From the NCBI RefSeq assembly GCF_009914755.1, contig NC_060938.1: a stretch of 64,000 nucleotides of DNA. The stretch is one strand, 5' to 3'. Under the pieces are notes generated by a model. It ran no database searches, was not told the origin of the DNA, and was given only the letters and a program-made list of their open reading frames with translations. How positions within the stretch are numbered: position 1 is the stretch's first letter; every line of letters starts with the position of its first letter. Position numbers and translations under genes: made by a program. The stretch is from the human T2T-CHM13v2.0 reference genome, Homo sapiens. Below are positions 40,501 to 55,190 of the stretch, in pieces.

Positions 40501-43500
40501 GGTTGTTTTGCTCTTTTTTTTCTAGTTCCTCAATGTGTGATGTAAACTTGTTTCTTTGAGATCTAACTTCTTGATGTAGGCATTTAGTGCTACAAACTTT
40601 CCTCATAACATTGCTTTAGGTGTGTCTCAGGTTCTGGTGTGTTTTATCTTTGTTTTCATTAGTTTCAAAGAATATTTAGATGGCTGCCTAATTTCATCCC
40701 TAACCCAAAAGTCATTCAGGAACAGGTTGTTTAACTTTCATGTAATTGCATGTTTTTGAGAGATATTTTTGGTATTTATTTCTATTTTTCTTGTGCTGTT
40801 ACATGAGTGTGTGTTTGGTATGATTTCAGTTCTTTTGAATTTGTTGAGGATTGCTTTATGATCAAGTATGTGGTTGATCTTAGAGAATGTGCCATGTGCA
40901 GATGAGAAGAACGTATATTCTGTTATTGTTGGGTGGAGTATTCTGTAAGTGTCTGTTAGGTTCATTTGGTCCAGTGTAGAGTTTAGGTCCCAAATATCTT
41001 TGTTACTTCTCTGCCTTGGTGCTCTGTCTAACACTGTCAGTGGGATGTTGAAGTTTTCCACTCTTACTGTGTGGTTATCTAAGTTTCCTTGTAGTTCTCT
41101 AAGAACTTATTTTATAAATCTGTGTGCTTCAATGTTAAGTGCATATATATTTAGGATAGTTAAGTCTTCTTGTTGTATTGAGCACTTTATCATTATGTAA
41201 TGTCCCTCTTTGTCCCTTTTAATCCTTGTTGGTTTAAAGCCTGTTTTATGTGAAATAAGAATAGCAACCCCTGCTCTTTTTTGTTTACCATTTGCTTGGT
41301 AGATCTTTTTCCATCTCTTTACTTTGAGCCTACAGGTGTAATTGCATGTGAAATGGGTCTATTGGAGTAAGCATATTTATTTAGCTAACTTGCCACTGTG
41401 TGTCTTTTAAGTGGGGAGTTTAACCCATTCCCACTTAAGGTTACTATTGACATGTGAGGATTTGATCCTGTCATCATATTGTTAGCTGGTTGTTATGCAG
41501 GCTTGTTGTATAGTTGCTCTATAGTGCCAATGTGCTGTGCACGTAAGTGTGTTTTTTTCGTGGCAGGTCTTGTGGTGGTCTTTCATTTCTATGTTTAGCA
41601 CTCTCTTAAGGAATCCTTGTAGAGTAGGTCTGGTAGTAATGTTTTTCCTTAGGATTTGCTTGTTTGAAAAGGACTATTTCTCCTTCACATTTGAAGCTTA
41701 GTTTGGCTAGATGTGAAAGTCTTCATTGGAATTTATTTTCTTTTATGATGATAAATGTAGTCTCCCAATCTCTTCTGGCTTGTAAGTTTTCTGCTGAAAG
41801 GCCAACTGTTAGCCTGATGGGGTTCCCTTTGTGCGTGACCTGCCCCTTCTCTCTAGCTGCCTTTAAGACTTTTTCTTCCATGTTGACTTTGGAGAATCTG
41901 ATGACTATGTTTTGAGAATGGTCATCTTATTTAGTATCTCACAAGAGTTCTTTGAATTTCCTGAATTTGCATGTCAACCTCCCCAGTGAGGCTGGGAAAA
42001 TTTTTACGGACAATATCTGCAAATATGTTTTCCAAGTTGCTTGCTCTCTTTTCATCTCAGGAATACCAATGAGCCATAGCTTTGGTCTTTTTATAATCCC
42101 ATATTTCTTGAAGTTTTGTTCCTTTTTAAATTCTTTTTTCTTTATTTTTGTCTCCCTGCATTGCTTCAAAGCTGTGAACTTCGGGCTTTGCAAATCTTTC
42201 CTGAGCTTGGCCTATTCTGTTATTAATGCTTCCAGTCGCACTCTGAATATTCTGTAGTATTCTTTTCATTTCCAAAAGTTCAGTTTGATTATTTCTTCAA
42301 AAGGCTATGTCATTGTTCAGCTCTTGGAAAATTGTGCTTTTTTTCTTGGATTGGCTGTCAACCTTCTCCTGTATCCCAGTGAGCTTCCTTACTATCTATA
42401 CTGAATTCCATGTCTGTCATTTCAACTATTTCAGTCTGGTTAAGAACCACTGTTGTGGAGCTAGTATGGTCATTTAGAGGTAAGAAGTCGCTCTGGCTTT
42501 TAGAGTTGCCTGAGTTCTTATGTTGGTTCTGTCTCATCTGTGTGGGTTGTTGTTTCTTTAATCTTTGAAATTGCTGTCTTTTGGATGGTTTGGATGGGAC
42601 TTTTTGCTTTTATATTCTTTGATGCCCTTGAGGGCTTGACTGTGGTATAAGTTGGGCTTAGTCAATTGGCTTTGTTCCTAGATGCTTTAAGGAGCAAGGC
42701 TCAGGTCAGCATTCCTGGGCTGCATGCTCTAACCCTGAAGGGCTGGGACCAGGCCCAGAGCTTTATTCTCTAGCTCCCTGATGTTAATCGCTTGATGCAC
42801 TGGAGGGGCCAAGGTGTTCTCAGTCCACTGACAGAAAAACTCCAACGGGGGCTGCTGGAACAAGTGCTCCAGTATGGTGATGGCAGGTCCCTGTGTGCAT
42901 GTGCGCCAGTGGGGCAGTAAGGGAGGCTACGGATGAGTGCACACCGCACACACTGATGAGGGAAGGCTGTGGGCTTGTGCATGCTTGTGAGGATCTGTCT
43001 GCAAAAGTGTTCCAACAGGGTGTGCCAGTGAAAGAGCTAGGCAGTGACTGCTGGCAAGCACCTTGGCTGGGCAACTGAAGCTGCACTCTAAGCAAATGTG
43101 GCCAGACAGGACCCTGGGAGATGCTAGCAGACATGGGGACACTCAGATCAGACTGGCCCCATCCACAGGCAAGACAGTCCTGCTCTGTCCAGGTATGGCA
43201 GCTAACAAAGCCTAAGCTTCCTAGAGGAGTTTATTGAGCCTTAATGGATGGAGACCCATGGCCATGCTCCACTGCCACAGTTCCCACACCAAACCCTCTG
43301 GGCTCAATGTAGGCTGGAGTTCTGTCTCCCCAACCCTCTGGGCAGTTCTCCCAGCCAACTCATATGTATGTGGGGTCAGAGGGTCTCCCACAGCTATGAT
43401 CCCAGAGGTATGTGGCAAAAGTGGGTTACTCCATGTCTATTTCACTCACCCCTTCCCTAGGAGCTACTTGGCACCAGGAATGATTCCAGGTGCTAGGCAA

Positions 43501-43680
43501 CCCCATGCAGGGTACCCAGCTTCCTCCCCTTTCAGTCCAGGGTCTGCATCCTCCCTCTGTCCACTTTCAGTTTTTTCTTTTGAAGATCTGTTCGGCGTAT
43601 ACCACTCTACTTATGGTCTGGTCCCCATGGGAGAAGTTCCTCCTGGCTGCATCTAGTTAGCCTTCTTGGCTTTTTTTCCT
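37517..43680 (-). mobile_element. Full-length decayed L1PA15/16-like LINE-1
   Basis: 3'UTR at left, ORF2/ORF1 fragments, GC-richer 5'UTR at 42.6-43.7 kb; diverged 16-bp TSD AAAACATAACAATTTT / ACACCATCACAATTTT (13/16). Confidence 0.9.
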
Positions 43681-44437
43681 ACACCATCACAATTTTATTT
43701 CCTTGTACCTACCCTCTCTATACTGAAAATTACAGATTTCCTTTTGGTTTAACTCTTGCAAGTATTTGTGTGTATTTACCGCTCTAAAATTCTATAATTC
43801 AGGTAATCCTAAATTCTTTGTTAATCAAAAAAGTATAAATGAAAAATATATTATTCAAAAATGTAATAAATGAATATATGCATATGATAAAATATTGTTG
43901 ATATTTATTTAAAGCTTTATTCATCTTACAGAGTGAAGTGCCTGATCCTAAGATATGGTGGTCAAAGAGGATATCTTTAAATATCTGCCCTTTCTCTTTT
44001 GAAGATACACCTAGGCAATGTCTGCCTATGAGCTTTAAGTGTTGATCACTGATCTCCATTTTACCTGCACCCATTTCCATGTAGAAGTCTTCAAGGGACA
44101 AACACAATAGGCTGTAGTACATTATGAGACAGGCAATTCGGCTGCACTTGGAATTGCCAGAGGCCCAAGGAGGAACTGGAATGTAAATATGGAACTCCAG
44201 TAATTACTAAACCCAGCAAATTATTTAGCTATGGCAATTTTTTTAAAAGATAATGGAGCTCAATTTGATATTGAAGAAAATAGAATATTTTCAATAAATT
44301 CTAAGAGGAAAAATTACCATTTTAAATGTATTATAATAAAGATAAATATTGTCACTTCGTAGTCAAATTGTCCTCCTTCTGATAATTACTGAGTCACGGA
44401 TAGTGCTGATAAATCAAGGCCTTTATTCAAAATTTGA

Positions 44438-44822
<385 letters not shown>

Positions 44823-45017
44823 CTCACTGCTTTTGTTTCCTAGTAGAGTGACCTTGAGCTATTTGTCAAATATTTCTTAGATTTTTAATCTTTAAAATCA
44901 GTTGGCCAAGGTAAATAGCATTTAGCATTCTTTACAATTTTTAAATTCTATCAACTTAAATTTAAGCTCCTATTAATTAACAAATTATAAAATCAAACTA
45001 ATCTCTATGATTCTATC

Positions 45018-47306
45018 TGATCTGGTTTGGCTGTATCCCCACCCAAATTTTAACCTAAATTGTAGCTAACATAATCCCCACATTTTGTGGAAGGGACCCA
45101 GTGGGAGGTCATTGAATCACAGGGGCAGGCTTTTCTCATGCTGTTCTCATGATAGTGAATAAGTCTCATGAGATCTGATGGTTTTATGAAGGTCCATTCC
45201 CCTGCACACACTCTCTTGCCTTCTGCCATATAAGGTCTGCCTTTGCTCCTCCTTTGCCTTCCACCATGATTGTGAGGCCTCTCCAGCCATGTGGAACTGT
45301 GAGTTACTTAAATCTCTTTCCTTTATAAATTACACAGTCTTGGTTATGTCTTTATTAGCAGCATAAGAATGGACTAATACATAATACAGTAAATTGGTAC
45401 TGGTAGAGTGGGGTGCTGCTGTAAAGACACCTGAAAATGTGAAAGCAACTTTGGAACTGGGTAACAGGCAGAGATTGGAACAGTTTGGAAGGCTTAGAAG
45501 AAGATAGACAAATGTGGGAAGGTTTGGAACTCCCTAGAGACTTGGAGGGCTCAGAAGACAGGAAGATGAGGGAAAGTTTGGAACTTCCTAGAGACTTGTT
45601 GCATGGCTTTGACAAAAATGCTGATAGTGATATGGACAACGAAGTCCAGGCTGAGATGGTCTCAGGTGGAGATGAGGAACTTGTTGGGAACTAAAGCATA
45701 GGTGATTCTTGCTATGATTTAGCAAAGAGACTGGTGGCATTTTGCTCCTGCCCTAGAGATCTGTGGAACTTTGAACTTGAAAGAGATGATTTGGGGTATC
45801 TGATGGAAAAAATGTCTAAGCAGCGAAGCGTTCAAGAGGAAGCAGAGCATAAAAGTTTGGAAAATTTGCAGCCTGATGGTGCCATAGAAAAGAAAAACAC
45901 ATTTTCTAGGGAGAAATTCAAGCCTGCTGCAGAAATTTGCATAAGTAACAAGGAGACTAACGTCTCAAAGGTATGTCAGATACCTTTGCAGCAGCTCCTC
46001 CCATCACAGGCTGGGGGGCCACCTAGGAGTGAAAAATGGTTTCCTGGGCTGAGTCCAGGGACCCCCTGCTGTGTGCAGCCTTGGAACTTGGTGCCCTGCA
46101 TCCCAGCCACTACAGCCATGGCTAAAAGGGGCCGAGCTATACCTCAGACTGTGGCTTCAGAGGGTGCAAGCCCCAAGCCTTGACAGCTTCCGTGTGGTGT
46201 TGAGCCTGCAGGTGCACAGAAGTCAAAAAATGAGGTTTGGGAACTTCTGCCTAGTTTTCAGATGATGTATAAAAATGCCTGGATGTCCAGGCAGAGGTGT
46301 GCTGCAGGGGTGGGGCCCTCATGAAGAACTTCTGCTAGGGCAGTGAGGAAGGGGAATGTGGGCTTGAAGCCCCCAAACAGAGTCCCCACTGGAGCACTGC
46401 CTAGTGGAGCTGTGAGAAGAGGGCTGCAGTCCTCCAGATCCCAGAACAGTGGATCCACTGACCACTTGCACCATGAGCCTGAAAAAGCCATGTACACTCA
46501 ATGCCAGCCCATGAAAGCAGCCAGGTGGGGGGCTGTACCCTGCAAAGCCACAAGAGTGGAGCTACCCAAGGCTGTGGGAGCCCACCTCTTACATCAGTGT
46601 GCCCTGGATGTGAGACATGGAGTCACAGAAGATCATTTTGGAGCTTTAAGATTTGACTGCTCTGTTGGATTTCAGACTTGCATGGGACCTGTTGCTCCTT
46701 CCTTTTGGCCAATTTATTTCATTTGGAATGGGTGTATTTACCGAATGCCTGTACTCCCATTGTATCTAGGAAGTATCTAACTTGCTTTTGATTTTAAAGG
46801 CTCATAAATGGAAGGGACGTGCCTTGTCTCAGAAGAGTCTTTGGACTATGGACTTTTGCGTTAATGCTGAAATGAGTTAAGACTTTGGGGGACTGTTGGG
46901 AAAACATGATTGGTTTTGAAATGTGAGGACATGAGATTTGGGAGAGACTGGGGTGGAAAGATATGGTTGCTGTGCCTTCACTCAAATCATATCCCATAAT
47001 CCCCCTGTGTCAGGGAGGGGAACCCGGTGGGAGGTAATTTAATCATGGGGGTGGGTTTTTCCCATGCTGTTCTCATGACAGTGAATAAGTTTCAAGAGAT
47101 CTGATGGTTTTATAAAGGGCAGTTTCCCTGCAAACACTTTCTTGCCTGCTGCCATGCAAGATATGCCTTGGCTCTTCTCTTGCCTTCCACCATAAGTGTG
47201 AGGCCTCCCCAGCCATGCTGAACTGTGAGTTAATTAAACCTCTTTCCTTTATAAATTATCAGTCTTGGGTATGTCTTTATTAGCAGTATGAGAATGGTCT
47301 AATACA
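45018..47306 (+). mobile_element. Full-length THE1C-like MaLR: LTR 45018-45381, internal region, LTR ~46959-47306
   Basis: Paired LTRs; perfect TSD CTATC at 45013-45017 and 47307-47311. Confidence 0.94.
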
Positions 47307-48047
47307 CTATCCTAGTTTTTACCTTTGGTTATTGAAATTAATTCAAGATAGTCTTTTGAATACAATTATTATATTATACCTTTATATACCTTGTCAGCTA
47401 ATCTCTGAATATCTTTACTGGCAATCATATGACAATTGATTCTATGTGATCATTTATTATATCATATATAAATGGCTAATTTACTACCAGAGTGATAAAT
47501 GATTTTACCTAGTTATTGTCAATACATTATAGAATGCTGAATTGTTTCAAATGTTATCTGGAAAATAATAAATCGTCTTTACTTTAGATAAGAATATTTC
47601 ATTCATTTTTGGTTTTCTGTTAGAAATAATCTAAGACTTTAAGAGCAACAAGAAGTTGACACATGCTCACCTAACCCTGTAACAAATGACTTAGCACTAG
47701 ATTCAAAATTTATCATCAGAAGCTGCTCTGAGCCATGAATTCATCAAAATGAATGTGAGAATAAGTAAAATTTCACAATTTTATTCCCTTTGTTTTGGTG
47801 TTTAGCCAAATATTTTAACTGCAACATTCCTTTTTTCTCTCCATCTTTTAAGGCCACTCACATGAAAACTTTTAACTGAAGTCTTTGGTTGTTAATCTGT
47901 TTTTTCTCTTTATTCTTCTAAACACATCACTTGAAGTCGTGTTCTTTTTCTCATTTCACTATGCTTTGCAATGAAGTGTATATACACATAAATCTTTTCG
48001 TATACTGCAACCTTCTTGAGGGTATGGGATACTTCAGCCTCTTAATT

Positions 48048-48249
48048 CAGAGGTTAACAAATCAGATCCATGTGCCAATTCTATCCAGCTGCCTCTTTTG
48101 CAATGTCTTATTGCACAACCATTCCCATATTGTCATGCCTTTTACACTACAAAGGCAGAGGTGAATAGTTGCAACCAATACAATGTGGCCAGCTAAGCCA
48201 AAAATATTTACTACCTAGACCTTTACCAAAAAAAGTTTGCCCACTCTTG
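48048..48249 (+). mobile_element. MER58A (hAT-Charlie) inserted in an L2 3' end
   Basis: CAGAGGTTAACAAA...TTTGCCCACTCTTG TIR-like ends; AAAATATTTACTA..GACCTTTAC motif; 8-bp TSD TCTTAATT/CCTTAAAT. Confidence 0.8.
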
Positions 48250-48699
48250 CCTTAAATAATCTAGCACACTGCCTTGCATGGCATAGAAGGTCAATAATTA
48301 GCTAGTAAAAGAAATGATAGAAAGGAAACAGACAACAGCAGAATGCTCAAGAAGGAAACTAAGATTGATAAGGAAAAAAAATGAGGCTCCTAGAGCTGAG
48401 GTGTCATCTTAGAGGAAAAGTAAGATAAGTTAAGTGTAAGTACTTGTAACAGTGTTAGTCATGTGGTAGAGATAAAATAAGTGTTTATTTTTAAAAGGAA
48501 AAACAATAGAAAGAGACTTTATGATTCCGATAGCACCCAGAATCCAGGTGAGCAGTTTTGGTTGCATATTCAGGTATCTAATGGCCCATGGTCAGGTGCT
48601 CCATCTGTGCCAGGTCTCAGGAGCCTGCCATGAGCTGGATTTCAAATGTAGATATCTGTGCTGCAGATGTCAAGGTCTTGTACGGATTTCCAGAGCTCT

Positions 48700-49050
48700 C
48701 TGTCTCTTTCCACCTCTTTCTTCTCCATGTAACACTTTCCTGTATCATACCCTGAGAATTCTAACCGCCCAAACCTCCCAAATTCACAACTTGTCTCTTT
48801 ACATCAGAGAGACCACCAGATTCTGTTTGACTTTCCCCTCATATGGTGCTTCCTGGAAACTCGCCAGTGATATGCTGGGCAATTTTAAGGAGCACTTCAT
48901 TTGTTTTCCTTCTTTTAGCAAACTTCGTTTTGTGTTACCTATTGTCCAAAGTCTAAAAAATGTTAGCTCATATATTCTGTCTGATTCTTTCATTTGTTTA
49001 AGGTAACAGTAAATCTACTCTCTGTTACTCTTTTATGCATAGAAGTAGGT
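48700..49050 (-). mobile_element. Old L1M 5'-end fragment
   Basis: GTAAATCT..TCTCTGTTACTC..AGAAGT resembles the reversed L1MC/ME 5' terminus. Confidence 0.5.
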
Positions 49051-49086
49051 GCATTTCTTTTTTTAATGGTCCAGAATCATATGATC

Positions 49087-49390
49087 TTTTTTGTTTGTTT
49101 GTTTGTTTGTGACAGGGTCTCCCTGTGTCGCCCAAGCTGGATTGTACTAACAAAGTCTAGGCTTCACTGAAACCTTTGCCTCCTTGCCTCAAGCAATCTT
49201 ACACCTCAGTCTTCCTAGTAGTTGGAACTACAGGCATGCACCACCATGCCCAGCTAATTTTTAAATTTTTTGTAGATACGGGATCTCCCTATATTGCCCA
49301 GGCTGGTCTCAAACTCTTGGTCTCAAGTGATCCTTTCTTCTCGGCCTCCCAAAGTGCTGGGATTACAGGTGTGAGCCATTGTGCCTGGCC
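49087..49390 (-). mobile_element. AluJ
   Basis: Antisense Alu with (TTTG)n tail and CTCAAGCAATC motif. Confidence 0.92.
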
Positions 49391-49760
49391 TACGATTTTA
49401 ATTACGGTAGATTTATATTACACTTAAACCTACAGGTGCACAAATTCCCCATTATTATAATTCTTCAGACTACTCATATGCAAGGGGACCTGTTAAGATA
49501 TTCAGTGTTCAGGTGAACATTAGAATATTATCACCATGTTCCAATAAGATTTAATAACATTCCCAAAAGATTTCGATGGGAATTGCAACAGGGTAGCAAC
49601 TTCAGTAAAACTGACAAGCTTGCAAGAATAAGCTTTCTAATTGTTTCTTCAAATATTTTATATCCATCAAAATATTTTTTTCTATTTTTCCAGACAGTTA
49701 TTTTTTTCCACTTTTTTCTTGTCCTTACTTTGTTAACTTTCCACTTTTACATTTATTTTG

Positions 49761-50057
49761 TGCTGGGTGCAGTAGCTCATGTCTGTAATCCAAACACTTT
49801 GGGGAACTAAGAGGAGACGGATCACTTGAAGTCAGGAGTTCAAGACCAGCCTGGGCAACATGATGAAACCTTATCTCTGTAAAAAATACAAAAAAATTAC
49901 TCAGGTATGGTGATGCGTACTTATAGTCCCAGCTACTGGGAGGCTGAGGTAGGAGAATCACCTAATCCTGGGAGGTGGAGGCTGCAGTGAGCCATGATTA
50001 CACCACTTCACTCCAGCCTGGGAAACAGGAGTGAGATCCTGTCTCAAATAAATAAAT
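49761..50057 (+). mobile_element. AluJb-like
   Basis: Sense Alu with (AAAT)n tail; TSD A(C/A)ATTTATTTTG. Confidence 0.92.
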
Positions 50058-50269
50058 AAATTTATTTTGTTGCTAATATGAATAAAAATATTTTTCATGT
50101 GTGAAGGGTTATCAACATGAAATGAATTGATTGATTACCATCTTTGTCTACAGAAACTGCTGAACTTAGTTAATTTTAAGATTTATAGTTTTTCCCTCTC
50201 TCTAGATTCATACATTATACTTTTTACTTTTTTTTCAGAACTAGGTAAAATCATAGTCTTGTTAATTTT

Positions 50270-52188
<1,919 letters not shown>

Positions 52189-52954
52189 GTCTTGTTAATT
52201 TTAATGAAACTTCTGCATTGTTTTATGACCATTCAGTTTGACTTTTACTAGTGGTTGGTATAGATATCCTTGATCAAAAAATAGGTATATTTTCTTGATA
52301 GAAAAGTACACCCCTATTTCTGTTTTACCAAAAGATTTTTAAAATATAGATGTGATTTTCAGCAAATATTATTTTTGCATCTATCAAAATAATCCCTTTA
52401 TCTTTTATTATCATCTTTTATGATATAATCTTCAGTAATACAATGAATTATATGAATTTATATATTGAAATATTCTTAGATTAATGGAGAAATTTGTATT
52501 TGGTAATATTCATATCATAGTAACTTTTTAGAAAATGTAATATAATTTTAAGACAATTTATACCATTTTAATACAGTTTAATGCCATCAGATTTGAGATG
52601 CTAATAATTTAAGATTTTTCCACAAAAGTGTATAAAATATACTTTTTCTTTTTTGCTGTATTTACTGTATTTTGAAATCTGAGATTTTCTAGATTCATGC
52701 AATTATTTTGTAACTTTTCCTTTAATATAGGTCATTTTGTGTATAGTTTATAAGTTATCTGATTCACAATGGAATTATTTCCATCAAAAAGTTTCTTGAT
52801 TCTAGCAACTTCTTTGGAGGTAATTATTGAACACTTTTTTCATTATTTTCATGATTGTTATTTTTCTTCACTTGGAGCCACATTTACATATCTCACACAA
52901 AATTATTTAATTGATGTTACAAATTTATTTCTTATACATACACTAGGCCATTCT

Positions 52955-55190
52955 TAGAGAACTTTTAGTTATATAGAAAAATTATGTGGAAACTATAGTA
53001 CCCCCTTTACACACAAATAGTTTCCCAATCATTAACATTGTGAATTAGCGTTGTGTATTTTTTATAATCAATGAAGCAAGATTTAGACATTATTTTGAAT
53101 TGAAGTCCCGAGTGTACATTTGAGTACACTCTTTGTGTTGTACGTTCTGTGAGTTTTGACAAATGAATAATGACATGTACTCATCATTAGAATATCATAT
53201 AAAATAATGTCACTGCCCTAAAAATCACTCATTTTCCACCTATTCATCCTACCCTGTCTCCTCCCAAACTATTGGCAACCATTGATCTTTTACTGTTTTC
53301 ATAGTTCTTACTTTTAGAGTGTGATATAATTAATTAGAATTACACAATATGTAGCCCCCTCAGACGACTTCTTTCACTTAGTAATATGTACTTAGGGTTT
53401 CCGTATACCTTTCCTTGGCATTCTTGCTCATTTCTTTTTTAGCTAAATAATATTCCATTGTATGGCTGTACCACAGTTTGTTTATATCTATTCACCTACA
53501 GAAAGATGACTAACACTGCAATAAATATCTGGGTACATGTTTTGCATGAACAAAAGTTTTCCTTTGATTATATACCAAGGAGCACTTTTAGAGTCCACAT
53601 ATAAGCGAGATCTTGCAGTACTTGTATTTTTGTGCCTGGCTTGTTTTACTCAGCATAATGCGCTTCAGGTCCACCTACATTGTCACAAATGACAAAATTT
53701 CTTTCTTTTTTATGATTGTGTCTAAAAAGTCATCACCATACCCAAGGACATCTAAATTTACTACTATCTTACCTTCTGGGAGTTTTATAGTTTTGTGTTT
53801 TGCATTTAGGTGTATGATCTATTTTCAGTTAATTTTTGTGAAAAGTAGAAAGTCTGTGTCTAGATTTATTTTTTGCATGTGGATGTCCAGTTGTTCTAGC
53901 ACCGTTTGTTGAAAAACTATCCTTTCTCCTTAAATTGCCTTCCTTCTTTTTCAAAGGCCAGCTGAGTATAGTTATATAGATGTATTTCTGGGCTTTCTAT
54001 TCTGTTCCATTGATTTATTTGTCTACTTTTCATACCACATTGTCTTGACTTTTGTAGCTTTATAGTAGTACATCTTGAAGTTCAGGTGGTATCACTTCTC
54101 CTTGTTCTGCTATTTTGTCTTGGCCATTTTGAGTCTCTTTTCTCTATATATAAACTTTAGAATCCATTTTTTCATATCCACAAAATGACTTCTTGGGATT
54201 TTGTTTGTTGAGATTTTGTTTGAACCTGTAGATCAACTTGGGAAGACATATTTACAATATTGGGTTTTCTTATCCATAAACATGAATACCTCTCCATTTA
54301 TTTAGATTTTCTTCAATTTTCATCATGGAAGTTTTTTAGTTTTCCAGATACATATATGTCCATAGATATAGATATAGATATAGATCTATTAGATCTAATA
54401 ATCTAATGTATCCAATAATCTAATTCTTCCCAACTTGATCTACAGGTTCATACAAAATCACAACAAACAAAATCCCAAGAAGTCATTTTGTGGATATGAA
54501 CAAACTGATTCCAAAGTTTATATATAGAGAGAAAAGAGACTCAAATATCTAATAGACATAGATCTAATTAGATATATATCTGAAATATAGATATTTTTAT
54601 ATATATGGAAATACATATATTTTTATATATCTAATATATATATATATATATATCTGGAAATACATATATCTGAAAAACTAAAAACTTCCATAGTGAAAAT
54701 ATATATATTTACTATATAGTATATATAAATATATGTATTTCCATATATATCTTATATATGTTTTGTTAGATTAATATATTTATATATTTCATTTTTGATG
54801 CCAATTTAAATGTTAGTTATTAACTTCAATATCTAATTGTTCATTCCTGGTTTATAGAAAAGCAATTGATTTTTACGTATTAACCTTGTATATTATCTTG
54901 CATTTTTATATGTTATCTTGCAACATGCTGAAATTATTTATTAGTTCCAGGAGTTTTTGTTGAGCCTTTGGATTTTCTACATAGACAATCATGCTGTCTA
55001 CAAGCAAAAGTAATTTTATTTTTTCTTCCTCAATATGTAGAGCTTTCATTTTCTTTTTATGTCTTATTGTGTTTGCCAGGACTTCTGGTACATTGTTGAA
55101 TAAGAGTGGTGAGAAATTATATTCTTTCCTTGTTGCTGATCTTAGTAGAAAAAATCTTATTTCTCACCACTGTGTATAGATAAAATTTTT
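52955..55190 (-). mobile_element. L1MC/L1MD-type old L1 (3'UTR plus ORF2 part) carrying an internal templated insertion
   Basis: ACACTCTTTGTGTTGTAC..TTTTGACAAATG..TCACTGCCCTAAAAATC 3'UTR motifs; antisense ORF2 GGATGTCCAGTTGTTCTAGCACC. Confidence 0.75.
54128..54545. repeat. Inverted repeat, ~120-bp arms (54128-54246 and 54425-54545)
   Basis: Manual alignment: 7 substitutions and one 2-bp indel. Confidence 0.95.

Noticed and set aside
48521-49006. 161-aa + strand ORF
   Set aside because: Largely antisense to an old L1 5' fragment; no recognisable domain or splice structure.
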